This document shows, piece after piece, positions 46,841-57,474 of a stretch of 64,000 nt of DNA (positions within the stretch are counted from its first letter, which is position 1; the number at the start of each line of letters is the position of its first letter). The stretch is from an uncultured Planctomycetales bacterium (GTDB taxonomy: Bacteria; Omnitrophota; Gorgyraeia; Zapsychrales; Fredricksoniimonadaceae), in assembly GCA_964572155.1 (NCBI GenBank), contig CAZNDZ010000002.1, positions 83,089 to 147,088 of the forward strand, read 5' to 3'. The translations under genes and the position numbers were made by a program. The notes beneath the pieces were generated by a model. The model saw nothing but the letters and a program-made list of their open reading frames with translations, did no database searches and was not told the origin of the DNA.

Positions 46841-47557
46841 TTATGTCTTCAACTCAAATACATTCAACATATTACTTTCAAAATCTCTGGCCAAATCCTC
46901 CATCCCAATCTTCTTCATTAAATGGTTACAAACACTTGATTTAACAGCATCAAACCTTCTTTCAGGTTGTCTTTGTCGTTTAAAATCAAACACAACACAT
47001 CCAAGCAAAACATCTACCAATTGAATATATAATGACGCATGTGATTCTAACACTGTAGCATTATATACTTGAGGCAACATCCTCATTTCGGGCTCATAAA
47101 ATTTCTCACTTAATTTAGGTCTCCCCATATAATCTGCAATAATACAAATTTTTTCTCCTCCTACAACATTGAGAGCAATCAATCGTTTAGAGTATTCAAT
47201 ATATGCTTCCCATGAATTCTGAAATATATCTACTGGCACATTATCCTTATCGATAACAAAACAAGAAAGCTTCATCTCTTGAAATTTAAGAAATGTATCA
47301 ATCAATTCCAAATACGAATTACCTGTTCCTTTAGTTATATTAGCAAATTTGAATTCAAAACTCTTAGCCTTATTACCAATACCTTTTTGCTTGCTTTCTA
47401 TGTCTAACATAGCTTCAACTTTGGTTTTTAATATGTGCATTCTTTCATAAAGGGCTGTCGTATCTTCACATTTTAATAAACCTATACCAAAGAAACGCTG
47501 ATCTAAATCATGAGAAAGTACCCCCGTTTCATCAATAAAACCAAAACATCTTTTCAT
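46841..47557 (-). CDS. DUF3800 family protein
   Basis: CFGFIDETG near the N-terminus matches the DUF3800 hallmark (aYiDESG). Start chosen at the internal Met MKRCFGF. Confidence 0.5.
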   Translation of the reverse strand: MKRCFGFIDETGVLSHDLDQRFFGIGLLKCEDTTALYERMHILKTKVEAMLDIESKQKGIGNKAKSFEFKFANITKGTGNSYLELIDTFLKFQEMKLSCFVIDKDNVPVDIFQNSWEAYIEYSKRLIALNVVGGEKICIIADYMGRPKLSEKFYEPEMRMLPQVYNATVLESHASLYIQLVDVLLGCVVFDFKRQRQPERRFDAVKSSVCNHLMKKIGMEDLARDFESNMLNVFELKT

Positions 47558-47747
47558 TTTTCCTCCAGAAGAAATGATTATTAAGAAGCCAAATTGGCAT
47601 CTTAAAGAATTGGGAACCATTTCGGGGGATTTGAACATCAAAACAACAACTACCGATTGGGGGAAATCGGGTAATAACTTTTTTGAACAAGCTTTATATT
47701 AATATTTTTTCCAATGACGTCAAACAAAATTTATACTGCACTCAATC

Positions 47748-48527
47748 TCACTGATTAATCCTCGCATTACGAATCACCGCATTCTTAATCACCGTCCCAC
47801 TCTTATACAAATCCGCAGCTTCTTGCGCCGTTAACACCCGATTATAAATCCGAACATCATCAATCATGCCACTTGCCCAATCATCCGTATAATCATCACC
47901 AATCCGCCAATCTACATTTGGTTTTATCGTTGTTGACAACGTATTAAGATACGTAGACAATGCCAAACTTGTTCCATTCTTATAAATTTTTGTACCTGCA
48001 GCCGTTGAACTACCACTATAGGTAACCAAGACATGTACCCATTCTTTTGACATAACACTATTTGTTGCAGTATAAACATGCATAACTGTCGTAGTGCCCC
48101 AGAGACCAAATCCAACACTATTTGAATTGCAAATGACCGATCCAGTATTGCACCAAATGAAAAATGTACCTTTACTTCCACCTGAAGATCTTCCAATAAT
48201 CGATGAAGATCCTCCACTAGGACTTACTGCATTCATGTTTATCCACGCTGATATGCTAAACGCATCGGTGCGTTCAAAATTTAAATTTGTATAAGGTATA
48301 CTTACGTAGTCGCTACTACCATTAAATCTGCGACATCCTTTTCTTTTACAATTTGTCACAATCGTCGTACCCGAAGGTGTACCTGTAATTCTCTGATTAC
48401 TCGAATCAATGGCACTGCCGCTAGTCTCATCAAACTTCCACCATCCAACAAGGCCGTTACGTAAATCGGCATTACAGATATTAGAAAATTGAAATAAGAA
48501 AAATAAAAATAGGAAACACTTACGCAT
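47748..48527 (-). CDS. Secreted LamG/concanavalin-A-like jelly-roll domain protein
   Basis: Signal peptide followed by LVGWWKFDETSGS..AIDSS...DYVSIP...FSISAWIN...DDVRIYNRVLTAQEAADLY, the classic LamG_3 pattern. Confidence 0.55.
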   Translation of the reverse strand: MRKCFLFLFFLFQFSNICNADLRNGLVGWWKFDETSGSAIDSSNQRITGTPSGTTIVTNCKRKGCRRFNGSSDYVSIPYTNLNFERTDAFSISAWINMNAVSPSGGSSSIIGRSSGGSKGTFFIWCNTGSVICNSNSVGFGLWGTTTVMHVYTATNSVMSKEWVHVLVTYSGSSTAAGTKIYKNGTSLALSTYLNTLSTTIKPNVDWRIGDDYTDDWASGMIDDVRIYNRVLTAQEAADLYKSGTVIKNAVIRNARINQ

Positions 48528-48771
48528 TTTTTATAACCTTTATGGCTAGTGCATGAATCGAATCCTTGATGGGAGCAACGGCGGCATAAACCATGCGATG
48601 CGCTTCGATGGGTTTTTTACCATCAAAAGCAGCGCTTGCGATCTCAACGTTAAAATGCCCACCCTGTTTAGCACCTGCATGACCTGCATGTTTGGCGCTG
48701 TCATCAATGACATTGAGGTAGGTTGGGTTGAAAGCTGATTTTAAGAGGGATTCAATGTTTGCTTTGCTCAT
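48520..48771 (-). CDS. bolA: BolA family protein
   Basis: MSKANIESLLKSAF...VIDDSAKHAGHAG...GGHFNVEIASAAFDGK...HRMVY is a BolA signature. Start chosen at the internal Met. Confidence 0.65.
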   Translation of the reverse strand: MSKANIESLLKSAFNPTYLNVIDDSAKHAGHAGAKQGGHFNVEIASAAFDGKKPIEAHRMVYAAVAPIKDSIHALAIKVIKNA

Positions 48772-48799
48772 ATGTGAAAAATATTGTACCATATGCCAT

Positions 48800-50092
48800 A
48801 TGAATAAGACACTGACCATCAATAATTTTTCCGGCAATATGTGCGTTGCCTGCATCCAGTCCAAGCTAGACCAAGTTAATCAATGGTTGCTTAACTACGA
48901 ACACCTCGCCACCCCCTTATACACGTCTGTGGATGTGCGGGATGCTGGCTTTAAGATTGCAGTTGTCGACACCAATTTATTTCCCGCAGGCTTCAATAAT
49001 CTCTGCGAACATGGCCTTGAAGACGCCATTAATCTCATGAAAATAGCCATCAAGAAACGCGTGCCAGATGCGAAGCATATCTTGATCGTGGCTGAAGAAC
49101 ATACGCGCAATACATGGTATTTAGAAAATATCCGCATCCTGCAAGAAATCATCACCAATGCAGGGTTCACAGCGACTATCGCTACCTTCTTTACTGAGCA
49201 ACCAAAATTTTGTGATCAAGCAGCACATGCCATGGAATTTGAAACAGCAACGGGTAAGACCGTCAAATTACATTGCTTCAATAATATTATCAATAAGCTA
49301 AATACCAAGAATCTTAAAGTTGACTTAATCGTCATGAATAATGATTTAACCGGCGGCATTCCCGATGCCCTGCGAGATGCTGGTATCCCAACGTTCCCCT
49401 CGATCCATGCTGGCTGGCATGCCCGTCATAAATCACAACATTTCAAACACACCAATGCATTGATTGAAGAATTCGCCAAGATTGTTGGCATTGATCCTTG
49501 GCAATTCTTATGCCTTTATGAATTGGTTGAAAATGTGAACACTTCAAATGAAGCTGATTTAAAGCGACTGTATGAAGCGGGTGTTAAATTATTTTCGGAT
49601 ATCGAAAAGAAATATAAAGAACACGGCATTCCTGATAAACCGTTTATCTTCATTAAATCTGATTCAGGAACGTACGGCTTAGGCGTTATCCCCATCGAGG
49701 ACCCTAAGCAAATTTTGGAACTCAATAGCCGTAAACGCAAAGACTTGGCCCGCGGTAAAGGCGGTGATGTGGTCGACCGTTTTCTACTCCAAGAAGGTGT
49801 TCCAACGATCCAAAAGATTGAAGGTGTCCCAACCGAAGCTTGTCTTTACCACATTGACAACGATTTTATCGGTGGGTTTTATCGCACCCACAACAACAAA
49901 AATTCTCGTGAAAGTTTGAATTCCCCAGGCGGCATGGCCTTTCAAAAAATGTGCCCCCATCTGACAAAATACGGTCAAGATTGCGGCATTGAACACAATT
50001 TAAATATCTTTGACATTTACCGCATCTTAGGACGCATTGCTGGCATCGCTGCTGGTCGTGAGATCTTAGAATTGGAAGGAAAACTCAAATGA
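48800..50092 (+). CDS. gshA: Glutamate-cysteine ligase (GshA, short proteobacterial form)
   Basis: Immediately precedes and overlaps gshB. ~430 aa. Start codon uncertain (48728/48755/48800/48839 all possible). Confidence 0.55.
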   Translation: MNKTLTINNFSGNMCVACIQSKLDQVNQWLLNYEHLATPLYTSVDVRDAGFKIAVVDTNLFPAGFNNLCEHGLEDAINLMKIAIKKRVPDAKHILIVAEEHTRNTWYLENIRILQEIITNAGFTATIATFFTEQPKFCDQAAHAMEFETATGKTVKLHCFNNIINKLNTKNLKVDLIVMNNDLTGGIPDALRDAGIPTFPSIHAGWHARHKSQHFKHTNALIEEFAKIVGIDPWQFLCLYELVENVNTSNEADLKRLYEAGVKLFSDIEKKYKEHGIPDKPFIFIKSDSGTYGLGVIPIEDPKQILELNSRKRKDLARGKGGDVVDRFLLQEGVPTIQKIEGVPTEACLYHIDNDFIGGFYRTHNNKNSRESLNSPGGMAFQKMCPHLTKYGQDCGIEHNLNIFDIYRILGRIAGIAAGREILELEGKLK

Positions 50093-51024
50093 AATTCTTA
50101 TTCTTAATGGATCCGCTAGAAACTGTCATCTTTGAAAAAGACACCACCTTCATGCTCATGTTAGGTGCCCATGAAAAAAAACATGACGTCTATTTTCTGC
50201 CTAAGGACGGCATTAGCTTGATTGAGGGAAAACTATTCTTCAATGTGATCAAAGTAACGCCTCAGCGCATTGCCCATGAGCCCTTTATTGAAGGCCAATC
50301 TTTTCTATTAAGCCAAGAAGAGATCGATGCTGTTTTCGTTCGTCCTGACCCACCATTTGATGATAAATATGTGCTCAACACGTGGTTGCTCGACCATTTG
50401 CCAAAACGTGTTGCTGTGATCAATCATCCAAATGGCATCCGCACCGTTAATGAAAAGATTTGGTCATCACAATTCACATCCCTTGTGCCACCAACCATCA
50501 TTTCATCAACGAAATCAGATTTATTAGCTTTTATTAAAAAGCATAAGAATATCATCGCCAAACCAACCAATGCCTTTGGTGGTCAGTCGGTGTTTCACAT
50601 TGAATATGGGCATACCAACACCAATGTTATCTTAGAGACATTGAGCAAATCTTATGACCAAGCCATCATCTTACAGAAATATATCCCTGAATCTAAAAAT
50701 GGTGATAAACGTATCCTTTTATTAAACGGTGAAATCCTTGGTGCTGTTTTGCGTGTCCATGGGCAAGGCGAACACCGCAATAATTTTTATGCTGGCGGAA
50801 AAGCCAAAGCAACAACGATAACCGCCAGAGATAAAAAAATTGTGGCTGAGTTAAAACCACATTTAAAAGCATTAGGCTTGTATTTTGTCGGCATTGATAT
50901 TTTGGGTGACTACTTGATTGAAGTCAATGTAACCTCCCCCACCTGTTTACAAGAAATGAACAATCTTTATAACCAACAGTTAGAACAAAAAGTCATTGCT
51001 TTTGTAGAAAAATTGGTAAAATAG
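50089..51024 (+). CDS. gshB: Glutathione synthetase (ATP-grasp)
   Basis: N-terminal MDPLETVIFEKDTTFMLM and ATP-grasp C-terminal half co-linear with prokaryotic GshB. 311 aa. Confidence 0.8.
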   Translation: MKFLFLMDPLETVIFEKDTTFMLMLGAHEKKHDVYFLPKDGISLIEGKLFFNVIKVTPQRIAHEPFIEGQSFLLSQEEIDAVFVRPDPPFDDKYVLNTWLLDHLPKRVAVINHPNGIRTVNEKIWSSQFTSLVPPTIISSTKSDLLAFIKKHKNIIAKPTNAFGGQSVFHIEYGHTNTNVILETLSKSYDQAIILQKYIPESKNGDKRILLLNGEILGAVLRVHGQGEHRNNFYAGGKAKATTITARDKKIVAELKPHLKALGLYFVGIDILGDYLIEVNVTSPTCLQEMNNLYNQQLEQKVIAFVEKLVK

Positions 51025-51030
51025 TCCTTC

Positions 51031-51267
51031 ATGAAAATCACGTTATATCATTTTGAATCTTGCCCTTATTGTCGACGTGTACGTGACTTCATTGCTGCAC
51101 AAGGATTAAATGTGCCCATGAAAGATACACACAAGGATCCTACAGCCAAGGATGAACTTTTAAAAATTGGCGGCAAGACTCAAGTGCCTTGCCTTGTGAT
51201 CGATGGCAAAGCCTTATATGAATCTCTTGATATCATTGAATGGTTAAGAAAGAATTACGCAAAATGA
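51031..51267 (+). CDS. Glutaredoxin (dithiol CPYC)
   Basis: 78 aa with CPYC active site. Confidence 0.75.
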   Translation: MKITLYHFESCPYCRRVRDFIAAQGLNVPMKDTHKDPTAKDELLKIGGKTQVPCLVIDGKALYESLDIIEWLRKNYAK

Positions 51268-51521
51268 CATTAGCTGAAATCCAACAACGCATTGAACAAA
51301 CAGTGCCTAACGCCACCGTTTATGTGCTTGACCCCATGCAAGATGGCCAACATTTACAGGCCCTCGTGATTTCACCTGCATTTGAAGGTATGCCTGTTTT
51401 CAAGCAACAGCAGATGGTCATGACGGGGATCAAAGATATTTTTCAAATCGTCCACGCCCTCGGGCTTAAAACATTCACGCCAGCAAAATGGCAGGAGGTT
51501 AAAGCAACGTATGTTAACTGA
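51240..51521 (+). CDS. ibaG: BolA-like protein (IbaG/YrbA type)
   Basis: HLQALVISPAFEGMPVFKQQQMVMTGIKDIFQIVHALGLKTFTPAKWQ matches the IbaG pattern. Confidence 0.6.
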   Translation: MVKKELRKMTLAEIQQRIEQTVPNATVYVLDPMQDGQHLQALVISPAFEGMPVFKQQQMVMTGIKDIFQIVHALGLKTFTPAKWQEVKATYVN

Positions 51522-51825
51522 TCAATTACGCTCCCAAATCGAAAACGACATTAAATCAACAAAAGTCGTTATTTATATGAAAGGCACACAACAACAACCC
51601 ATGTGTGGCTTCTCTGGTCGTGCCATCCAAATCCTTCAATCTTATGGCCAACCGATTAAGGATTTTAATATCTTGGCTGATGAAAGTTTGCGTCAAGGGA
51701 TCAAGGAATTTACCAATTGGCCAACCATCCCTCAAATCTTCGTCAATGGTGAATTCATCGGTGGCTGTGATATCATCACTGAAATGCACGAAAATGGCGA
51801 ATTAGCGACCCTGCTAAAGCAATAA
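51511..51825 (+). CDS. grxD: Monothiol glutaredoxin Grx4/GrxD (CGFS)
   Basis: 104 aa with CGFS active site and WPTIPQIFVNGEFIGGCDI. Confidence 0.85.
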   Translation: MLTDQLRSQIENDIKSTKVVIYMKGTQQQPMCGFSGRAIQILQSYGQPIKDFNILADESLRQGIKEFTNWPTIPQIFVNGEFIGGCDIITEMHENGELATLLKQ

Positions 51826-51920
51826 AACCACATTGATGTGTCGCATTTAAATCCTTGGCATTGATGCCCTGTTTATGGTAATATACGGGCTTTATTGCCA
51901 AAAATTTAAGAGGATTTTAT

Positions 51921-53639
51921 ATGAAAACGAAACAACCATTAAACGGCGCTCAAGCCTTAGTGAAGTGCCTTGAAAACTTTGGCGTGGAATATATTTGGGG
52001 CCTCTCCGGCGGCGCTGCGATCCCCATCTTTGATGCCTTGGTCGGTTCCAAAATCAAATTGATTTTAACCCGCCATGAACAAGGTGCAACGCATATTGCT
52101 GACGGTTATGCCCGCGTGACCGGCAAACCTGGTGTGGTGCTGGTGACCTCTGGTCCTGGTGCTACCAATACAGTCACAGGTATCATGACTGCGATGATGG
52201 ATTCCGTGCCCATGATCGTCTTAACAGGTCAAACGATCACCGCCATGCTTGGCAAAGATGCTTTCCAAGAATCTGACATTGTGGGTATCACCATGCCCGT
52301 CGTTAAACATAGCTATTTGGTTAAAAATACCAATGACATCCCTCGCGTCATCAAAGAAGCTTGGGAAATTTGTCAAACTGGTCGACCAGGCCCTGTGCTC
52401 ATTGATTTGCCTAAAGATATCACCTCGGCAGCGTTTACCGGCGATACCTTAAATCCACCAACAGATATCCCAGGATTTAAAGCTCCTGCAAAAGCTAATA
52501 AAGCAGATATTGTTAAAATGGCCAAAATGTTTAAAGGTTCTAAGAAGCCTTTATTGCTCATTGGTCACGGCGCTGTGCTCGCTAAAGCTGGTGATGCGAT
52601 CCATAAACTCGCTCAAAAATTACGGGCCCCTGTTACCAATACCTTGCTTGGCAAAGGCGAATTTCCTGAAACCGATCCTCTCTCTTTAGGGATGCTTGGT
52701 ATGCACGGAACCGCCTATGCTAATAAAGCCTTGGTTAATTGTGATTTAATTTTATCCATCGGTTCTCGTTGGGATGACCGCATCAATGGTAACAACAATG
52801 AATTTTGTGTGAACGCTAAAAAGCTTCACATCGACATTGATTTTGCTGAAATCAACAAGATCGTTAAACCAGATGCTTGGGTTGTTGGTAATGCCAAAGA
52901 AGTCGTTGAGGAATTAGTCAAATTGGTTGAACCCCTTGATACAGCGGATTGGCTCAAAGAATTAGATTATTATAAGAAGCAGTTTCCTTTGAAATATGCA
53001 ACCAATAAAGGTTTAACCGCGCAACAAGTCATTGATAGCTGCTATAAAGAAAGCAAAGGCCGCGCGATTGTTACAACTGACGTGGGTCAACATCAAATGT
53101 GGGCGGCTCAATTCTATTTGTCTGACAAAGGTAATTACTGGTTATCGTCCGGCGGTGCTGGGACCATGGGTTATGGCTTCCCTGCTGCGTTAGGCGCTCA
53201 ATTCGCTGATCCCAAAGCCTTGGTTGTGGCGATTGTCGGCGACGGTGGTTTCCAAATGACCTTATCAGAATTATCAACCATGTTCATCCACAAATTACCC
53301 GTCAAGGTTCTGATCGTGGATAATAAATATTTAGGCATGGTGCGCCAATGGCAAGAATTGTTCTTCGATAACCGCCTCTCTGGTGTGGACTTAGAAGGCA
53401 ATCCTGATTTCATTAAATTAGCAGAAGCTTACGGCATCAAAGGTTTTCATATTGATAAAGTGGAAAATTGTTCCGCGGTGATGCGTGAAGCCATGAATTA
53501 CCCCGGCCCTTGCGTCATCCATGCAGAAGTTATTAAAGAAGATAATGTGTTCCCCATGATCCCTGCTGGTAAATCAGCGCATCATATGATCGTTGAAAAA
53601 CCAACAGAAAAAATGGAAAAACCAAGTGGTTCTACCTAA
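51921..53639 (+). CDS. ilvB: Acetolactate synthase large subunit
   Basis: ThDP-enzyme N-terminal, FAD-binding central and ThDP-binding GDGGFQM domains. 572 aa. Confidence 0.9.
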   Translation: MKTKQPLNGAQALVKCLENFGVEYIWGLSGGAAIPIFDALVGSKIKLILTRHEQGATHIADGYARVTGKPGVVLVTSGPGATNTVTGIMTAMMDSVPMIVLTGQTITAMLGKDAFQESDIVGITMPVVKHSYLVKNTNDIPRVIKEAWEICQTGRPGPVLIDLPKDITSAAFTGDTLNPPTDIPGFKAPAKANKADIVKMAKMFKGSKKPLLLIGHGAVLAKAGDAIHKLAQKLRAPVTNTLLGKGEFPETDPLSLGMLGMHGTAYANKALVNCDLILSIGSRWDDRINGNNNEFCVNAKKLHIDIDFAEINKIVKPDAWVVGNAKEVVEELVKLVEPLDTADWLKELDYYKKQFPLKYATNKGLTAQQVIDSCYKESKGRAIVTTDVGQHQMWAAQFYLSDKGNYWLSSGGAGTMGYGFPAALGAQFADPKALVVAIVGDGGFQMTLSELSTMFIHKLPVKVLIVDNKYLGMVRQWQELFFDNRLSGVDLEGNPDFIKLAEAYGIKGFHIDKVENCSAVMREAMNYPGPCVIHAEVIKEDNVFPMIPAGKSAHHMIVEKPTEKMEKPSGST

Positions 53640-53648
53640 AGGCACAAT

Positions 53649-54149
53649 ATGACAACAGCTAAAATACCTACACATACAATCAGCGTTCTGGTGGCTAACA
53701 AACCCGGCGTCCTTGTGCGCATTGCTCTGGTCTTTGCCCGTCGTGGTTATAATATTGACTCCTTGGTTGTTTCTCCGACCATCAATCCAAAATTCTCACG
53801 TATGACGATCACTGCTAAAGGTGACTTAGAAACTTTAGATCAAATCATCAAGAACGTGAGCAAATTGATTGATGTTATCCATTGCGGTGAACATGATGCG
53901 ACACATTCGATCGAGAAAGAATTGGCTTTGCTTAAAGTAAAAGCCACACCAAGTGTGATAACCTTTATTAGTAAATATGCCCGTAAATTCCGCATTAAGG
54001 TTGACGACACATCGGAAGGGTTTTATGTGGTCGAACAAACTGGCACCACAGCCGAGTTAGATGAATTCGAAGCAATCATGAAGAAACACACCGTTGAAAT
54101 GGTTCGCACCGGTAAAGTCCTCATCGCCAAGGGTAAAGAAAAAACTTAA
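53649..54149 (+). CDS. ilvN: Acetolactate synthase small (regulatory) subunit
   Basis: N-terminal ACT domain HTISVLVANKPGVLVRIALVFARRGYNIDSLVV. 166 aa, directly downstream of ilvB. Confidence 0.8.
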   Translation: MTTAKIPTHTISVLVANKPGVLVRIALVFARRGYNIDSLVVSPTINPKFSRMTITAKGDLETLDQIIKNVSKLIDVIHCGEHDATHSIEKELALLKVKATPSVITFISKYARKFRIKVDDTSEGFYVVEQTGTTAELDEFEAIMKKHTVEMVRTGKVLIAKGKEKT

Positions 54150-54151
54150 AA

Positions 54152-54571
54152 CTATTCTCGATCTTTTAAGCTACAGGGTAGGATTTTAGGTAGTTCTTTG
54201 GGTGGTAAAATCACTTGGGCAATTTCAATATAATCGCCATTGTGTTCTATCGATGATATCTGGCAACGTTCTGCGTCGATCGATGGATGATCAATCCCTA
54301 AATATTGTGCAATCCCTGCTTTTAAGGCATCTAATTCTAAATACATGATAAACGCAGCTTCTTCATCAGCATTTAGATTAAGCACAGTGCGCAACATATA
54401 AAAGTCTAACTCAAGAATGTCTTCAAGACTTTTACCATGACAATACGCCGACAAACCTGTCCCGCCGCCAATCTCACTTGAACACGTGATCTTAGCAAAT
54501 TTAAAGCTATCTAAGCATTCATTGGCATCAAGCCTTATATTAAGTCCTGACGAACTATCGCTACACGGCAT
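54152..54571 (-). CDS. Degenerate NifU/IscU-like protein
   Basis: CSSEIGGG...CHGKSLEDI...ALKAGIAQY parallels the IscU blocks CGSAIASS...VKGKSLDEA...AIKAAIADY. The N-terminal Cys ligands are only partly conserved. Confidence 0.35.
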   Translation of the reverse strand: MPCSDSSSGLNIRLDANECLDSFKFAKITCSSEIGGGTGLSAYCHGKSLEDILELDFYMLRTVLNLNADEEAAFIMYLELDALKAGIAQYLGIDHPSIDAERCQISSIEHNGDYIEIAQVILPPKELPKILPCSLKDRE

Positions 54572-54580
54572 ATGTCACCA

Positions 54581-55486
54581 TTACTTATTCATCCGATCTT
54601 TAAGCGCCTGCTGCATGTCTTTGGCACGTTCGCGTGCATCGCGGGCTTTTTCCTTTGCATCCTGCATCTTGTCTCGAACATCTGCCATCCTATCTTTCAT
54701 TTGTTCAACCATGGCAGCAACACGTTCCTTCGAACTCTCTAATTGCTCAAGATTTTGTTTACGCACCTCATTTAAACTGGCTTCCTGCTCTTTAACGTGA
54801 CTAAGCATATCATCTTGTCTGCTAATTGTATCATTGATCTTTTCTTGGAGCACGGCACTACGATCTGTCTTTAGGGCTGCAATATTTTGTGACTGCTCCT
54901 TTAATTTTGCTTTCATATCCATAATTGATTCTTTAGCTCGCTCATTATAGTTCCTAGACTTTTCAATGATCTCACGCTGCAATTCTACTAATTTCGCAGT
55001 TTGAATGCGCATGGCATTTAAGCCATTTTCTACTTCATGTTTTGGGCGCAATAATTGAGCAATATCTACTTTACGAACTTGTTTGTCTAATGCCGCTATC
55101 CCGTCGCGCAATTGATCATTGAATTGAATCAGTGCATTTTGATCACTCGCCAAGTCTAAGGCTTGTTGATTAAAATCGTTAATGGATGCTTTTAATTTAA
55201 CCAAATCCATGTCTTCGAATTGATTATTGCTAACTTGCTCATAGAGCTTGCTTGCATTGGTGCTTTCTTCAATAAGATCGTTCTTTTGGGCTACCAATGA
55301 ACCCGCTAGTAAATCTTGCTGAATCTTGACCATTTGCAACGTACCCTTGATATCTTCAATGGCTTGGCTTGCTGATATATTTTTACCTTGATTATTCATG
55401 GTGACTGGTCGGTAAAATGCTAGATAACCAGCAAACAAGAAACCTATGATGGCAATAACTGGTGATAAATAGAGAAGTCTGATCAT
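54581..55486 (-). CDS. Membrane-anchored coiled-coil protein (N-terminal TM, ~270-aa coiled coil)
   Basis: Single N-terminal TM ([17 protein letters not shown]) then continuous heptad-rich Q/E/K/L sequence. Overlaps the yyaL stop by 4 nt. Confidence 0.5.
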   Translation of the reverse strand: MIRLLYLSPVIAIIGFLFAGYLAFYRPVTMNNQGKNISASQAIEDIKGTLQMVKIQQDLLAGSLVAQKNDLIEESTNASKLYEQVSNNQFEDMDLVKLKASINDFNQQALDLASDQNALIQFNDQLRDGIAALDKQVRKVDIAQLLRPKHEVENGLNAMRIQTAKLVELQREIIEKSRNYNERAKESIMDMKAKLKEQSQNIAALKTDRSAVLQEKINDTISRQDDMLSHVKEQEASLNEVRKQNLEQLESSKERVAAMVEQMKDRMADVRDKMQDAKEKARDARERAKDMQQALKDRMNK

Positions 55487-57474
55487 ATCAACTGTCTTTC
55501 AATCATTTTCATATCGGTAATGGGTAACCCACAAACGCCTTGTTTACAAATTTGAACGGACCAAGGATCCATGCTTGGCTCACGTTTAATGCTCAAATTT
55601 GGCTTGAAGCATTTATACACTATATTTTGAATAGAGACAAGTTCTTGAGGTGCAACCTTCCCTCGTATGGTTACTTGCAATGGACCTGCAACATGCATCT
55701 GTAAGGCTTGTAGGAAATAGGTATATCCTTGTGGTGCTTTTAGGACAGTAGGTAAGAATCGTTTGAAAGTCTTTATAGCCACATCTTGATAGGTTGTCTT
55801 ATCGGTTAAAAAGAATAATTTCATCAAAACAACAGCTGCCACTGAATTTCCAGAAGGCATGGCTCCATCGTAAATCTCAACTGGACGCACAATTAAATCA
55901 TTGTTTTCTGGTGACATAAAAAATCCACCGTGCTGATCTTCAAAATGCTGCACCATATAGTCGGTTAGCACTTCTGCTTGTTGCAGGTATTTTTGATCAA
56001 AGGTGGCTTCATAGAGATGCACTAGCCCTAAAGCAAGATATGCATAATCATCCAACATAGCTGTGATACCTGCCACATTTTCATGCCAACGGTGCTGTAA
56101 CATACCATTTTTATACATATTGTCTAAAATATAATCAGCAGCTTTGGTAGCATGATCTATATAGCGTCTATCATTTAGCACCAACCCACCAAATGCGAGT
56201 GCCGCGATCATTAAGCCATTCCAGTCGGTTAAGACTTTGTCATCAAGGTGCAAGGCCATGCGACCGCGTCTAAAGGATAATAATTTTGCTTTAGCCTGAT
56301 CCATCATAACCTGATGCATTGGATCAAGAGGCCTTGTTTGAAATAAAATGTTTTGACCTTGAAACTCACCGTGGGGGTCATGATCAACATTACCTTGTGG
56401 TTGCACGCCATAATACATAGCAAAAACATCGGCGGTGGCTTTGTCTAATTGATCGTAAATTTCCTTATGCGTAAAAACATAATACGCCCCTTCTTGGCCC
56501 TCTGCATCGGCATCGTAAGCACAATAGAAAACACCTTCTTTGCTCGTCATATCAGATAAGACATAATCCATGATTGATCGACATACGCGGGCATATAATG
56601 GATCTTGAGTTATTTGAAAACATTGGGCATAAGCAAAAACAAGCAGGGCTTGATCATAAAGCATTTTTTCAAAGTGTGGGATTTGCCACGCCGCATCGGT
56701 TGCATAGCGATGAAACCCTGAAGCAATTTGGTCATGTATCCCACGAGCTGACATGATGGTTAGTGTCTGTTCTACCTGTGGCAAGGTGGGCTTATCTGAC
56801 CCGTGCATGGATAATAAAAATGATAGTGTGTGCCCCATAGGAAACTTAGGCGCATGTGAGAATCCACCATTTTGTTGATCAAATTGTGAGGCAAGATTTG
56901 TGACAGCGACAGTTAATGCTTTTGAATCAATGACAGCGATTGGCGATGATGCCGCCATGGATTGTTGCAAAATCAAGAGCAATTCTTGAGAAGATGTGGT
57001 GATCCCCGCCTGATTATGATCCCATGCATCGCGCATCGATAAGAGCACATCATTAAATGCCGGTGAACCCCATTTTGCTATTGGGGGGAAATATGTGCCT
57101 CCATAAAAAGGCTGACCATCTGGTTTTAAGAAAACAGATAAAGGCCAACCACCTTGACCGGCAATAGCAATCACCGCATTCATATAAATGTGGTCAATAT
57201 CTGGCCGCTCTTCACGATCAACTTTAATGGCAATAAAATACTGGTTTAAAATATCTGCGGTTGATTGATTCTCAAAACTTTCATGTGCCATGACATGACA
57301 CCAATGGCATGTGGAATAACCAATCGAAAGAAAGATTGGTTTTTGTTCTTTAACAGCCTTCTCAAAGGCTAATGGGCCCCAAGGAAACCAATGGACAGGA
57401 TTTTGAGCATGCTGTCTTAAATAAGGACTATTCTCTGCAGCTAGATGATTAATTGCCATTCGAAGGTAAATCAA
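55483..57474 (-). CDS. Thioredoxin-domain protein YyaL (DUF255 + six-hairpin glycosidase-like domain)
   Basis: N-terminal thioredoxin-like [16 protein letters not shown], conserved [10 protein letters not shown] and C-terminal (alpha/alpha)6 region. 663 aa. Confidence 0.8.
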   Translation of the reverse strand: MIYLRMAINHLAAENSPYLRQHAQNPVHWFPWGPLAFEKAVKEQKPIFLSIGYSTCHWCHVMAHESFENQSTADILNQYFIAIKVDREERPDIDHIYMNAVIAIAGQGGWPLSVFLKPDGQPFYGGTYFPPIAKWGSPAFNDVLLSMRDAWDHNQAGITTSSQELLLILQQSMAASSPIAVIDSKALTVAVTNLASQFDQQNGGFSHAPKFPMGHTLSFLLSMHGSDKPTLPQVEQTLTIMSARGIHDQIASGFHRYATDAAWQIPHFEKMLYDQALLVFAYAQCFQITQDPLYARVCRSIMDYVLSDMTSKEGVFYCAYDADAEGQEGAYYVFTHKEIYDQLDKATADVFAMYYGVQPQGNVDHDPHGEFQGQNILFQTRPLDPMHQVMMDQAKAKLLSFRRGRMALHLDDKVLTDWNGLMIAALAFGGLVLNDRRYIDHATKAADYILDNMYKNGMLQHRWHENVAGITAMLDDYAYLALGLVHLYEATFDQKYLQQAEVLTDYMVQHFEDQHGGFFMSPENNDLIVRPVEIYDGAMPSGNSVAAVVLMKLFFLTDKTTYQDVAIKTFKRFLPTVLKAPQGYTYFLQALQMHVAGPLQVTIRGKVAPQELVSIQNIVYKCFKPNLSIKREPSMDPWSVQICKQGVCGLPITDMKMIERQLI

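Noticed and set aside
51853-51875. GGCATTGATGCC palindrome after grxD as a rho-independent terminator
   Set aside because: The stem is only 5 bp with a 2-nt loop, and there is no clear downstream U-tract. It is too weak to call.
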